A stretch of DNA of 56,687 nucleotides from an uncultured virus (IMG/VR IMGVR_UViG_3300045995_000154) (IMGVR_UViG_3300045995_000154); one strand, 5' to 3'. Numbered from the stretch's first letter, positions 36,908 to 48,900 are shown. Notes: a model not told the origin generated them from the letters alone. Made by a program: numbers and translations.

Positions 36908-39667
36908 ATGGCTACTAGAGCTGAGTTAACCGCGGCAATTCAAGCGAATAAAAATAAGCTTGCAGCAATACAAGCCCAATGGGACAAAAATAAAGTTACA
37001 CCTTCTAGTGTTGAAGGTAAGCAACTCACGGCGGAAACGCAAGCAACATACGACGAAATACAAGCGCAAACAGAAGAATTATATTCGCTGCCGCTGGTAG
37101 ATAAAGCAGACGCAACGGCTAGCACTGCGACGACGTCCCCTGTTCGTGAAGGCAATGTTGTGACTACACCATTGACTGACGCAGGGCAAGGCAAACTAGA
37201 TAAAGCTATTTCAGCCAATGAGCAATTTGCATCTGGTAATAGCTTGCAAGCACAAGCTGATTCAAGGGTATTGGCTGCGGAGCCTGCACCATCGTCTAAT
37301 GGTGTAAATTTATTTGCACAAGATGTGGCAAATTATCAAGCTAACGTTAAACCACTTGCAAACCCGTTGCACCAGTATGCAACATACACCTATGGGTTAA
37401 CCTTGTTTATGTTGGCTAAGGAAGAATACGAAACTTTGCAAAAAACACCAGCTGATCAAGTCAGTTCCTGGGCACCTAAGTTTGCATTGATAAGCTCTGC
37501 TGGCAGGTATAATAAGGCAGCGGATAACGTTAACACTGGCAGGCATTACGAGTTCCACGACGACTTCTACTTTGAAAACTTTAGGATGACGACAGTAATT
37601 GGGCTCAACAATCAAAATCGCGGCACCAATGCGATTGAGATGAGCTTCACGATCATTGAGCCATACGGTATGACATTGTTAGATAGACTAATCAATGCAA
37701 GCAAGAGTTCAGTGATTGGCAGTAAGAATTATCTTGCACAGCCGTACTTAATAGAACTAGACTTCTTTGGTAGTGATGATTTAGGTTCTATTCACGCACC
37801 ACTAACTGAGCATCGCAAACGCTTTCCTATACAGCTTATTGAATTCAAAATCAAAGCATCATCCAAAGGTGCAGAGTACTCTGTTAAGGCAGTGCCGTTT
37901 AATCACGGGGCGTTCAAAGACACCGCGGTAACTACACCTGTCAACTTAGAAATTGAAGCAACTACCATTGGTAATTTCTTTAAAGGAGAGGCTCCTGCTA
38001 ATGTAGGCGCTACTCAAGCATCAAGGGTTGATAAAAATCGTCAAGAAAAAGCCGCACAAGAAGAAGCGACACAAAATGATGACGTGAGCATACGAAGGGG
38101 CAATGCAAAAGCAGGAGAGCCGCAAGTAGACACAACTACCCCGTATACAGTTGCCAATTATAATAATGCACTCAATGAATGGTTTGCCCTATTAGTAAAA
38201 AATAAAGACGTAGCAGAGTTGGACAAAGTTTCGTTTAGCTTTGACGACTTCCCTATAAAAATCCTAGAGTCAAGTATCAATCCACCAGAAACTCCGCACA
38301 GCAAAGCAGTGTTTGGTGCACGGAGCAATGCTGCAAAAGATAATAGCGGAAACTATGTTGTGGCCCCGGGTAATGGTAGGACGTTTGGCATCCATGCCGG
38401 CACGCGGATCATTGATGTAATTAACCAAGTAATGTCCAATAGCGATTATATAGCCAAGCAAATGGTTGACGATGGCGGCAACCGTAAAAAATTCCCAGAG
38501 AATAAGTGGGTAGACTTTTACAAAATTATTCCACAGATCACTGAGTTGCGATACGATACAATTCGTAAACGCTACGCAACCACGACTGTATACCACGTCG
38601 TGTATCACCGTTATCATAACTCTAAGCATCCAGCTATGCCGTATGCTAACCCTACTGCGGCAGTGAAAGATTATAACTACATATACACTGGTAAAAATAT
38701 AGATATCATTGACTTTGCGATTGATTTTGATGTGGCTTACTTTACTGCAACTGTGGGCCTCCCTAAGAATTCAGCAGCAGGAAATAACAAAGACACAAAA
38801 GGAAACGAAGACGAAGCTGACTATGTGGTACTGGACGATTCAGATGAATCAGAAAATCCAAATGCAATGCCACTAGAGGTCACTAGCTCAGGTGACAGTC
38901 AATCTACGGGTAGAGTGTCAACGCAAAAGCAAGCGGTTGTGGCTAATGCGCTTGCAAGCATATATTCCAATGCCCGTGGTGACATGATTAACTTAAAGTT
39001 AAAAATCATTGGCGACCCACATTTTATCAAGCAGGACGATTTATACACCAATCCAGGGCAGCCGGGATATAACTCCAAAACAACCAATGGCATTGGTGTT
39101 AACACTAATGGGTCAATTGCAATGGACCACTCAGAAATCTTTTGTAATGTTAAGTTCATGACTCCAACTGACATGGACGAGTCAACAGGTGGTATTACAA
39201 AGAATACAAAATATGCTACTTCCAAGTTTACGGGGTTTTACAAGATATTGACGGTAGACAGTGAGTTTAGTAAGGGGCAGTTCGTGCAGACACTTACTGG
39301 TGTACGTATGATGAAAACAAAAACAATAAAAGGCACATCAAAAGTTGAGCGAGCAGAAAGCGATTATATAAGCGCGGATGCAGCTACGCCCACTGGTGTG
39401 CGCCCAGCTAATATAGCGCCCAAGTCAGCAACTGATCCATTACAAGCGGCCGCAGCATCAGTTAGTGGGTCAGCAATGATGAAGCCCACAGGAGTGCCTG
39501 GTGTAGGGGACTACAAAGGCGTAGTGTCACAGGCAACATTAAACTCTGTTAACAATAAAACACTGCTTCCTATCCAACCGCCCACTCCCGCAAAAACTCC
39601 CGCGGCTATAGCAGCGGACGAAAGTAATAACTTAAAGGCTATCCGTCGCGGAGCAGGATTCAGATAA
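36908..39667 (+). CDS. Baseplate hub protein (gp27-like, large)
   Basis: NPLHQYATYTY, FTIIEPYG, K.YNYIYTGKN, LKIIGDPHFI, GFYKILTVDSEFSKGQFVQTL; between gp53 and gp5. Confidence 0.7.
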   Translation: MATRAELTAAIQANKNKLAAIQAQWDKNKVTPSSVEGKQLTAETQATYDEIQAQTEELYSLPLVDKADATASTATTSPVREGNVVTTPLTDAGQGKLDKAISANEQFASGNSLQAQADSRVLAAEPAPSSNGVNLFAQDVANYQANVKPLANPLHQYATYTYGLTLFMLAKEEYETLQKTPADQVSSWAPKFALISSAGRYNKAADNVNTGRHYEFHDDFYFENFRMTTVIGLNNQNRGTNAIEMSFTIIEPYGMTLLDRLINASKSSVIGSKNYLAQPYLIELDFFGSDDLGSIHAPLTEHRKRFPIQLIEFKIKASSKGAEYSVKAVPFNHGAFKDTAVTTPVNLEIEATTIGNFFKGEAPANVGATQASRVDKNRQEKAAQEEATQNDDVSIRRGNAKAGEPQVDTTTPYTVANYNNALNEWFALLVKNKDVAELDKVSFSFDDFPIKILESSINPPETPHSKAVFGARSNAAKDNSGNYVVAPGNGRTFGIHAGTRIIDVINQVMSNSDYIAKQMVDDGGNRKKFPENKWVDFYKIIPQITELRYDTIRKRYATTTVYHVVYHRYHNSKHPAMPYANPTAAVKDYNYIYTGKNIDIIDFAIDFDVAYFTATVGLPKNSAAGNNKDTKGNEDEADYVVLDDSDESENPNAMPLEVTSSGDSQSTGRVSTQKQAVVANALASIYSNARGDMINLKLKIIGDPHFIKQDDLYTNPGQPGYNSKTTNGIGVNTNGSIAMDHSEIFCNVKFMTPTDMDESTGGITKNTKYATSKFTGFYKILTVDSEFSKGQFVQTLTGVRMMKTKTIKGTSKVERAESDYISADAATPTGVRPANIAPKSATDPLQAAAASVSGSAMMKPTGVPGVGDYKGVVSQATLNSVNNKTLLPIQPPTPAKTPAAIAADESNNLKAIRRGAGFR

Positions 39668-39668
39668 C

Positions 39669-42155
39669 ATGGCAACTAATAGACGATTTGGTAAAAAACT
39701 ACCTGAGTGGGCACGTAGAGAAGACACACCTGGCGTACGCATTGATAGCGGGCCATTTATTGGTTACGTTAAAAATAACTACGATCCATTGAAAGCTGGG
39801 CGCTTGCAAGTATGGATTCCTGAGTTGGGCGGAGATGAAGAAGCGCCTGCATCCTGGCGTACAGTTTCTTATGCAAGTCCTTATGGTGGTACAACATACA
39901 AGCCAGTTGATAGTGGCGGTCGTAATAACGAATTCTCGCAAGTACCACATAGTTATGGTATGTGGGGCGTCCCGCCTGACGTTAACTGCCAAGTGATATG
40001 TACATTCATTGCAGGTGACCCTAACCGCGGATATTGGTTTGCTTGTATCAACACAGACTTAAGCCACTACATGCTACCTGGTCTTGCAGCTGGACCAGTA
40101 GATACGGCAAATATGACAGACGCTGCGATGAAGGCAAAATACTCGCAAGATAGTAATTGGCCAGTAGCAGAGTTCAATGAACTAGCACCTAATGCAAATA
40201 TTGGCCCAGGATTTGATAAAAATCTTAAACCACCACACGAGCCGCAGGTTGCGATTCTTATGGATCAAGGACTTGATAGGGATACGGTGCGCGGGGCTGT
40301 GACGTCATCATCACAGCGCGAAAGTCCATCGCAAGTTTTTGGTATATCAACACCTGGCCGACCAGGTAATGATCCAGCTGATGACCCGCAATTTAAAGCT
40401 AAGATGGCAGCTGGTACTCTTACACTTGACGACATTACCGTTAAGACTCGCAAGGGTGGCCACACGTTTATTATGGACGATGGTGATCAAAATGCTAATA
40501 GTCAGCTAGTGCGTTTACGCACAGCAGGCGGGCACCAAATCTTAATGCATGACACTGAAGATGTGTTATACATTGCAAATAGCACTGGTACCGCATGGTT
40601 AGAATTTACTGGCGGAGGTCACATTAATGTGTACTCGCAGCAAGGTATTAATATGCGTACTGAAGGAGAGTTTAACTTACATGCTGATAAGGACATCAAC
40701 TTAAACAGTGGGGCTAGTGTAAACATAAATGCATCATCGTCCATTGCACAGCAAACAGCAAAGCATACGACCAAATCAACAAGTATTGCACTGCAGGCAA
40801 GTTCAATAGGTATTTTAAGCAGCGGTGAAATGAAAATTCAAGGGGCGTCTGGTAGTTTTAAAACTAGCAGTGACTTAGTCTTAAAGGGTGGCAAAATATA
40901 TTTGAATACACAAACTCCTGCGGATGTAGCAGCGGTGTCAGCATTGGCTTCAAATTCGCATACTGACACATCAGCTGAAGCGTCAGGGTTGTGGGTAAGC
41001 AAGTCAGCAGTGTTTGAAAGTATTGTTACTGTGGCACCTAGCCACGAGCCATGGCCACGACAATCAGCAGCGACCAGTAAGGCAGCGGGATCAAGTTTGT
41101 TTACTGTGCCAACGCCAGTGGTAAAACAATCAAGTACCTGCGCAAACGATGCTAAACTAACTGATCCGGGACCAGTGTCTGCTAAAGGCCAGCAAGTTTC
41201 TCCAGCAGCACCGTTAAGTGAAATGTCAGCGGCCGCAGCACCGCATGTACAATCACTAGGTAGGTTGGCTGCCCTTCAAGCTAAAGCACTAATGGTGCAA
41301 ATTGGGTACGCAGAAAGTGGTTCAAACTTTACCAAAACTACATCTACTAGGGTCGGTAAGTATCAAATTAACGGGAAGTTACTGAAGCATTATGGATATG
41401 TCACTGATGCAACAAATATCAATTCTACTTTGTCCTGGGCTGGGACAGAGGGTATTAAGAGTGTAACTGATTGGACAACGCACACTGGCACCCAAGATGT
41501 AGTGATGGCCCAAATTATCAATGATTACTATATTGAACTATTAAATCAAAATGCAATAGTAGCAAATGACGATATTTGCACAGTTGCTGGTATGATATCA
41601 GTTGCGTATTACTATAGGGATGAAGACGAGCCTGTCCGTAAGGCATTGGCGTGGCGTAAAGAAGGTGGCGCTGGTGCGGCAGCATATAATTGGGGGCGTT
41701 ATGCAATTGATGTACTTGCAATGCAGGTTGTCGCTGACGCTACCCCAGCAGTACCATCTGGCCCATCTGACAGCGGAATAGGGCCAGAATCAGTGATTAA
41801 CTTTACTGCAAACTCAGGTGATAAAGCACATTATGAAATGCTCGCTGGACCAATGAAGGCTGCATTTGAGAATATGGCAAAAGAATTTAAAGCAAAAACT
41901 AGCCGTAAGCTTACCTTGAGCAGCGCAAAGCGTACATTGGAGGAACAAACAGCACTATACAATGCGTGGCTGGCTGGTAACAGTCACGTATTAAAACCAG
42001 CTAAACCAAGCCCGAATGCCCCGCACATACGTGGTATTGCTTTTGACATTGCTCGTGCAGACTTGCAATACTTACTGAGCACTGGATTACTAGACAAGTA
42101 TGGGTTTAACTTCCCATTGGCATACGACGTCGTGCACATCCAATATAAGGGTTAA
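39669..42155 (+). CDS. gp5: gp5-like baseplate spike with lysozyme-like and peptidase M15 domains
   Basis: OB-fold DPLKAGRLQVWIP...YGMW..PPD; RTAGGHQILMHD and beta-helix repeats; QIGYAESG...GKYQI; C-terminal SAKRTLEEQ...PHIRGIAFD...DVVHIQ. Confidence 0.85.
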   Translation: MATNRRFGKKLPEWARREDTPGVRIDSGPFIGYVKNNYDPLKAGRLQVWIPELGGDEEAPASWRTVSYASPYGGTTYKPVDSGGRNNEFSQVPHSYGMWGVPPDVNCQVICTFIAGDPNRGYWFACINTDLSHYMLPGLAAGPVDTANMTDAAMKAKYSQDSNWPVAEFNELAPNANIGPGFDKNLKPPHEPQVAILMDQGLDRDTVRGAVTSSSQRESPSQVFGISTPGRPGNDPADDPQFKAKMAAGTLTLDDITVKTRKGGHTFIMDDGDQNANSQLVRLRTAGGHQILMHDTEDVLYIANSTGTAWLEFTGGGHINVYSQQGINMRTEGEFNLHADKDINLNSGASVNINASSSIAQQTAKHTTKSTSIALQASSIGILSSGEMKIQGASGSFKTSSDLVLKGGKIYLNTQTPADVAAVSALASNSHTDTSAEASGLWVSKSAVFESIVTVAPSHEPWPRQSAATSKAAGSSLFTVPTPVVKQSSTCANDAKLTDPGPVSAKGQQVSPAAPLSEMSAAAAPHVQSLGRLAALQAKALMVQIGYAESGSNFTKTTSTRVGKYQINGKLLKHYGYVTDATNINSTLSWAGTEGIKSVTDWTTHTGTQDVVMAQIINDYYIELLNQNAIVANDDICTVAGMISVAYYYRDEDEPVRKALAWRKEGGAGAAAYNWGRYAIDVLAMQVVADATPAVPSGPSDSGIGPESVINFTANSGDKAHYEMLAGPMKAAFENMAKEFKAKTSRKLTLSSAKRTLEEQTALYNAWLAGNSHVLKPAKPSPNAPHIRGIAFDIARADLQYLLSTGLLDKYGFNFPLAYDVVHIQYKG

Positions 42156-42162
42156 ATACTAG

Positions 42163-42531
42163 ATGACAACATATCGCGGACTATCTACTCTAGGGCAAAA
42201 CAAGAAATTCAGGCTAACTGACATTGAGCTAGTTAAGCGCGATTTGTTGAATCACTTTCAGATTCGCAAAGGCGAAAAGTTAATGAATCCAAATTTTGGT
42301 AGCATCATTTGGAACATGCTTTTTGAACCGTTGACCCCTGAAACTAAGAAAGTAATACTGGATGACGTTAACTCAGTAGTAAGTTACGATCCTAGGTTAA
42401 GTATCAACGATGTAGTCATGACAGAGCACCAAAGTGGCTTGCAAATTCAAATTGTATTGACATACATTCCAACTAATCAAACATCAGCCATGTCGTTTAC
42501 ATTTGACCGAGACTCGGGAACAGTGCGTTAA
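42163..42531 (+). CDS. gp25: Baseplate wedge subunit gp25-like (leaderless)
   Basis: LVKRDLLNHFQIRKGEKLMNPNFGSIIWNMLFEP...YDPRL; TAAATA-ctag-ATG. Confidence 0.92.
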   Translation: MTTYRGLSTLGQNKKFRLTDIELVKRDLLNHFQIRKGEKLMNPNFGSIIWNMLFEPLTPETKKVILDDVNSVVSYDPRLSINDVVMTEHQSGLQIQIVLTYIPTNQTSAMSFTFDRDSGTVR

Positions 42532-42551
42532 TACTAGCACTTTTAGAAAGC

Positions 42552-42559
42552 TATAAATA
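42552..42559 (+). promoter_or_regulatory. Perfect T4 late promoter TATAAATA
   Basis: 17 nt upstream of gp6 ATG. Confidence 0.75.
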
Positions 42560-42576
42560 CCTAATACAGGTATATT

Positions 42577-45500
42577 ATGGCATTAACAACACGACAATCA
42601 AATCTTTTAGTTCAGCAAGACTGGACTAAAGTCTACCAGACGTTCCGTGACGCTGACTTCCAAAGCTACGATTACGAGACGCTTCGTAAGTCAATGATCG
42701 ACTACTTACGCACGTATTACCCTGAAGATTTCAATGACTTTACGGAATCTAGCGAGTACATTGCGCTAATCGACTTGATAGCGTTTTTGGGCCAAAGTTT
42801 AGCATTCCGCACAGACTTAAACGCTCGCGAAAACTTCATCGACACAGCAGAACGCCGTGACTCTGTGCTTAAGCTTGCACGTTTAATCAGCTATAATCCT
42901 AAGCGTAACACTGCGGCAAGTGGCTTTTTAAAAATTGGCAGTGTATCAACTACAGAGTCAGTGACTGATTCCAATGGTATAAATTTGTCCAACTTGCTTG
43001 TGTCATGGAACGATACATCCAATGAAAACTGGTTAGAGCAATACACTGCAATTTTGAATGCGTCTATGGTCAACACACAAGTAGTGGGTAAACCAGGTGC
43101 AGCAAATATAATTAACGGGATTCAAACTGATGAATATAGTGTCAATGTTATAGCTGGCGCTACCCCTATCTATAAGTTTACTGCTAAGGTAGAAAATAGC
43201 TCGATGAATTTTGAAGTAGTTTCTGCTTCTGCGGCCGGGCAAAGCTATGTCTACGAAGTCGACCCTACACCAAGTGGTAAGTTTAACTTATTGTACAAGA
43301 ACGACAATCAAGGCAATGGATCAAATAATACTGGATTCTTTGTATATTTCAAACAAGGCGACTTAAATGCATTGCCATTCAACATTGCCGAAAAATTACC
43401 CAACCGTGTAGTTAGTATCAATTTTAGTGATATCAATAACAATGATGTTTGGTTGTATCCTTTAACAGCTCAAGGCACATTAGGAACTAAGTGGACTAAA
43501 GTACCTGCAATTGGTGGGGTTAACATTGTTTACAATCAAACAAACGAGCGTAACTTGTACCAAGTCAATTCCCGAGCAAATGATCAAGTTGACTTAGTTT
43601 TTGGTGACGGTGCGTTTGCGAGTATTCCACAGGGTGACTACAAGTTGTTCTATCGTCAAAGCAACGGACAAAACTATAAAATTACACCTGACGAAATGCA
43701 AAACGTTGTTATTTCAATGAACTACGTATCTCGCAATAACCGCGTAGAAACATTAACTTTGTCTTGCAGCCTACATTACACAGTAGCTAATAGCTCTGCG
43801 GCAGAGGCATTAGATGATATCCGCACAAAAGCACCGCAGCAATACTACACGCAGAACCGTATGATTACAGGTGAGGATTACAACATTCTCCCTTATACGA
43901 CATTCTCTAACATCATCAAAGTTAAAGCAGTTAACCGCACTAGCTCTGGCGTGTCTCGCTACCTTGACGTGACAGACGTCTCTGGTAAGTATTCGTCTAC
44001 TAATATATTTGCACAAGACGGTGTAATCTATAGAAATATAGCAAATACTGCAACAACGTTTACTTACACTACTACGTCAGAAGTGCTTAAAGCAATCTAC
44101 AATGTAGCGTTACCAATGATATCCGCTAAGGAAATAATGCACTTGTATCACTACAGTGCGCCCACATATTTAATTGGGGCATCTCCTACGTTTGTTGCGA
44201 CATCATCGACTACTAATACGACATCTGGCTACATTAACACAGTTAATACCTTGACTCATGCTACAACATTGACAACATTAGGTGTTGGTGCAAGTGGTGC
44301 AGCAAAATATATACAGCCAGGTGCATTGGTTAAATTCTTGCCACCACAAGATTACCACTTTAACAAGGATAATCAAATAGTAGCTGGGGCAGCAACATTG
44401 CCTACTGATAAAACGTATCTTTATGCTGCGGTAGTTTCTAATACTTCTACGACAGTAACATTTAGCCAAATTTTACCAACGACGTTGAATACAGCGTCTG
44501 GTCCAGTGTACGCTGTAGTAAGTGAAATTACTCCGCCATATAAGAATGATTGGCCAACTAGTTTGATTGAAACATTTACCACTTTGATACTTGGTAAGAA
44601 AAACTTTGGTGTTCGCTATGATGCAGCAACAATGGAATGGGTGACAATTGACGAAGCCAACCTTAACTTGAATCAATTTGACATTACTACTGCTGGTTCT
44701 ACGCAAAGTGCATCAGACTCGTCTTGGATTTTAGCATTCACTTACTTCAGTGGACAATATACAATTACTCAACGTAACCTGTATTACTACATGGAAAGCG
44801 AATTGGAAACACGTTTTTACTTTGACCCTAAAGTTAAGGTGTACGACAGTTCTACTGGTACCGCAGTGCGTGATCAAATTAAGATTTTGAAAGTTAATAA
44901 TGATCCTGTCACACAACAGCCACTTTCCACAGACCAAATTTGGTATGTTTATAACAATGTGGTTCAGCTTGATGGCTATTTAGACACACAAAAAATATTA
45001 GTTACGTTCCCAGATGCAAACAATGATGGTATCCCTGACGATCCTACATTGTTTAACACGTTAGTTGCTCCAGATAGCAATACAAACATATTCTTTAAGC
45101 AAGTCACTGATTACGATAATTTTGTAAAATATGCAGTTGTATCACTTGGTGCAGTGGTAGACTCTTATCTAACAAAATCACAGATTGCATTGTACAGTGC
45201 ATCGTATAGTGATGGACAAGTATTTTATGCAACTGCGGAAAATAAGTTTTACTCAGTGACTGGTGGTGCAGTATCCATCACAAATAACTATGTTGCAAAA
45301 ACTGGCCGTCAAAACTTGTACTTCCAGTACCGCCACAATAGCCCTGGTAACCGTCGTATTGATCCAAGCCCTAACAACATCATGGACTTGTACATCCTTA
45401 CTAAGGAATACAATACTGCTTACGCGGCTTGGATCAAAGATAGCAGTGGTAAAGTAGCACAGCCAGTGGCGCCAACGACAGAAGAATTGCGCACAGAGTT

Positions 45501-45951
45501 CTCTACCTTGGAAAACTTGAAGGCACTGTCTGACACGATCATTTACAATCCCGTAAAATTTAAACCTATATTTGGTAATAAAGCTGCCAGTGTACTACGT
45601 GCGACATTTAAAGTAGTTAAGAATAGCAATGTAACAATTTCTGACAATGATATCAAGAGCCGTGTTATTTCAACTATCAACAAATACTTTGACATCAACA
45701 ATTGGGACTTTGGTGAAACATTCTACTTCTCAGAACTCAGCGCATACTTGCACACTGAGTTGGTTCCTAATATCTCTTCTATCATTATCGTACCAAGCGA
45801 CAGCACTGCGTCGTTTGGCGGGTTGTACCAAATTAATGCAGAAGCAAACGAAATTGTGGTCAGCGCCGCTACAGTTGACAACGTTGAGATTATCAGTGCT
45901 ATTACTGCATCTCAAATTAACCAGTCTTTAGCTGGGTTAAATACACTATAA
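42577..45951 (+). CDS. gp6: Baseplate wedge subunit gp6-like (1124 aa)
   Basis: DFNDFTESSEYIALIDLIAFL...DLNARENFIDTAERRDSVLKLARLISYNPKR; LVFGDG; QNRMITGEDY; WDFGETFYFSEL. Confidence 0.92.
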   Translation: MALTTRQSNLLVQQDWTKVYQTFRDADFQSYDYETLRKSMIDYLRTYYPEDFNDFTESSEYIALIDLIAFLGQSLAFRTDLNARENFIDTAERRDSVLKLARLISYNPKRNTAASGFLKIGSVSTTESVTDSNGINLSNLLVSWNDTSNENWLEQYTAILNASMVNTQVVGKPGAANIINGIQTDEYSVNVIAGATPIYKFTAKVENSSMNFEVVSASAAGQSYVYEVDPTPSGKFNLLYKNDNQGNGSNNTGFFVYFKQGDLNALPFNIAEKLPNRVVSINFSDINNNDVWLYPLTAQGTLGTKWTKVPAIGGVNIVYNQTNERNLYQVNSRANDQVDLVFGDGAFASIPQGDYKLFYRQSNGQNYKITPDEMQNVVISMNYVSRNNRVETLTLSCSLHYTVANSSAAEALDDIRTKAPQQYYTQNRMITGEDYNILPYTTFSNIIKVKAVNRTSSGVSRYLDVTDVSGKYSSTNIFAQDGVIYRNIANTATTFTYTTTSEVLKAIYNVALPMISAKEIMHLYHYSAPTYLIGASPTFVATSSTTNTTSGYINTVNTLTHATTLTTLGVGASGAAKYIQPGALVKFLPPQDYHFNKDNQIVAGAATLPTDKTYLYAAVVSNTSTTVTFSQILPTTLNTASGPVYAVVSEITPPYKNDWPTSLIETFTTLILGKKNFGVRYDAATMEWVTIDEANLNLNQFDITTAGSTQSASDSSWILAFTYFSGQYTITQRNLYYYMESELETRFYFDPKVKVYDSSTGTAVRDQIKILKVNNDPVTQQPLSTDQIWYVYNNVVQLDGYLDTQKILVTFPDANNDGIPDDPTLFNTLVAPDSNTNIFFKQVTDYDNFVKYAVVSLGAVVDSYLTKSQIALYSASYSDGQVFYATAENKFYSVTGGAVSITNNYVAKTGRQNLYFQYRHNSPGNRRIDPSPNNIMDLYILTKEYNTAYAAWIKDSSGKVAQPVAPTTEELRTEFSTLENLKALSDTIIYNPVKFKPIFGNKAASVLRATFKVVKNSNVTISDNDIKSRVISTINKYFDINNWDFGETFYFSELSAYLHTELVPNISSIIIVPSDSTASFGGLYQINAEANEIVVSAATVDNVEIISAITASQINQSLAGLNTL

Positions 45952-45964
45952 CATCTAAATTACA

Positions 45965-48900
45965 ATGGCCGCATTTAAGACACATAATTTTCTACCAGAA
46001 GTCTTCCGTACAGACACGAACCAAAAGTTCCTCAATGCTACATTAGACCAGTTAACAAGCGAACCAAACTTTAAAAAGGTCTCTGGTTATATAGGTAGAA
46101 AATTTGCCCCTACGTATAAAGTTGGCGATGGCTATGTAGCTGAGCCATCAGACTCCCGTCAACACTATCAAGTTGAACCAGGGGTAATAGTTAACAATCC
46201 CCAAGCTGGTACGACAGATTTTTATGCATCGTATCCTGACTTAATTAACAAGATTGCATACTATGGTGGCAATGTAGATAATCATTCAAGATTATTCAGT
46301 AACCAAGCATATAGCTATTCTGGATTACTAGACTTAGACAAGTTTGTTAACTTCTCGCAATACTACTGGTTGCCTAATGGACCAGACTCTGTCGTGGTTT
46401 CTGCAAACGGGGTACCACTAAATTATTCGTGGGACGTACATTTTAACACTGGTACCAATACCTATTACTTTGGTACTGGCATGGTGAACAACGCTGACAT
46501 CACGCTTGCATACGGTGGCTCGTATACGTTCAACGTAGACGGCACCAATCCATTCTGGATTCAAACACAACCCGGAATGACTGGTCTTGATGCTAACAGG
46601 CCAAACGTAAGCACACGCGATGTATTTGGTGTGCTCAATAATGGGGCATCCACTGGTTCCGTAACATTTAACGTGCCACAAATAGACACACAGCTTAGAT
46701 TCATGTCAATGAACACTGCGGCCAGTGTAGATTACGCCACAAAGTTATCGTACAAAGATATTCAGGCCGTAAGTCTTGCAACGTTCAATACTATTAGTGG
46801 ATTAGACGGCACGACAGGAAATATCCATAACAAGACTCTTATTTTTGTTGGTGGTGTTTACGACGATTTAGATTGGACAGCTTCCACTACCCGCACTGCG
46901 GCACTAACTAACACTGATGCTGCATTTATGCTGAGCGCCATTGGCGTGGATCAATTACCATGGACAATGAATGTACCGATGGGCGCCACTGTGGTCGAAT
47001 CTGCACGTAGCTCAACATGGTTGATTACAGTTGACAGTGATGGGTACATTAATCTGTCGCCACAGCAAGCAGTCGCAGTAAACGAAAAAGTGTACGTTAA
47101 ATCAGGTTCCGCTAATGCAACCAAAGATTTCTATGTTGATTACTACGATCGTTTTACACTAGTACCTTCAACAACCGCTGCACTTGACACATTGTACTAC
47201 CAATCTGGTTCAACTGCAAGCGCAGTAGGAACCATTAAATTAGTGCAACCAGTCAATGATATACTAAATCCATTAGTTGACATAGAAGGCAAACAATATT
47301 ATGTTAGTCCTAATGGTGTGACATTTACAAGTGGATTGCAGATTACATTTGATCACTCAGTAACTCCTGAATTTGCAAATCGCACTTACTATGTATCTGG
47401 TGTTGGTGAATCGATTAAATTAGTACCTGCTGACCATTTGCTATCAATTGAGGATTGGGCGACCAGCACAGTTTCAGAAATTGCACAAGGCGTAGGATAC
47501 AAAGTCAATGATTTGTTAACCGCCACTGGTGGAGTATACACACAGCCTGCGACGATATTAATTACAGGGGTTAGTGCAACTGGCACTGTGACAACTTTTA
47601 AAATACTCTCAAGCGGTCTGTATAGTACGTTACCAGTAAACCCCGTGACTGTCATTGGTGGTTCTGGAACTGGCCTTAAACTTAATTTGGCACTACAACC
47701 AGTAACGCATGATTACTTGACAGTCAACAGGGCGTCGGCTGATTTGAATGCATGGTCGCGTAGCAATCGTTGGACACACGTAGACGTCATTAAGTACGTA
47801 GCGGAGTTCAATGGTACTGAGTTACTTCTTGACCAAAATGCGTCAGCAAAACGTCCTATCATTGAAATTCAGCGCAATACAAAATTGTTTAATCACGGTA
47901 CAGTGGCGAAAGCACCAATTGATATTTTGGACTCTGTGATAACAAATGCGTATACACAAATCGAAGCTGTCCCAGCAATCAGTGCAACATTGTTTGTTAC
48001 AACTGTGGCAGGTGCGACGGTTATTTTACGCCACGGCGATAGAGTCGTATTCAGCAAGGATACTAGCACTATTGTTCGTAACAAAATTTACACATTCACC
48101 ATCGTTAATGTTAGTAACGATCCTTTCTCTGCGGAGTACATTGGTAGCTTGATTGAAGCAACTGATTCGATCATTGCTACTGGTAACTCTGTTGTAGTTA
48201 AAAATAATACAACCACTGAGTTTTGGTTTAACGGTTCTGAATGGCTTGCAAGTCAATCCAAATTAGCAGCGAACCAGGCTCCATTGTTTGATGCTTTTGA
48301 TAAGAATGGTATTAGTTTTGGTGATACATCATTCTATACAAATACTAACTTCACAGGTACTCCTATTTTCTCGTACAAGACAGGGGCAGGAGCAAATGAC
48401 ACAGTATTGGGATTCCCACTTAGTTACAGGTCATTCAACAATGTTGGTGATATCCAATTTTCTAATAATTTTGACACTGATACTTTTTCCTACTTAATTG
48501 GGCCAGTTACTTACACTGTACCTGTCAACACTGGTTTGTTACATATCACGAGTGATATTTCTACGTTTAGTGTTGCTAATGGGTGGACACTTACTAACGA
48601 ATTTACAAAGCAGTACCAATTAATTTCCTACATCGCAGACGGTGTAAACAATGTATTTGAAGTGGACATACTACCTGAAGCACCGGACACCGTCCCTAGC
48701 ATAAAGGTATTAGTTAATAGTAAATTTGTTGACACTGCAAAATTTGGTCTAACTCAAGTTGGCATCCGTCCAGTAGTAGTCATTGACTCTACATTGTTAG
48801 CAGCTAATGATTCTGTTGATATTCTAATCTACAGTAAAACCGCTAGTGCATTGGGGTTCTACCAAGTTCCTTCCAACCTTGACAACAATGCGGAAAATGC

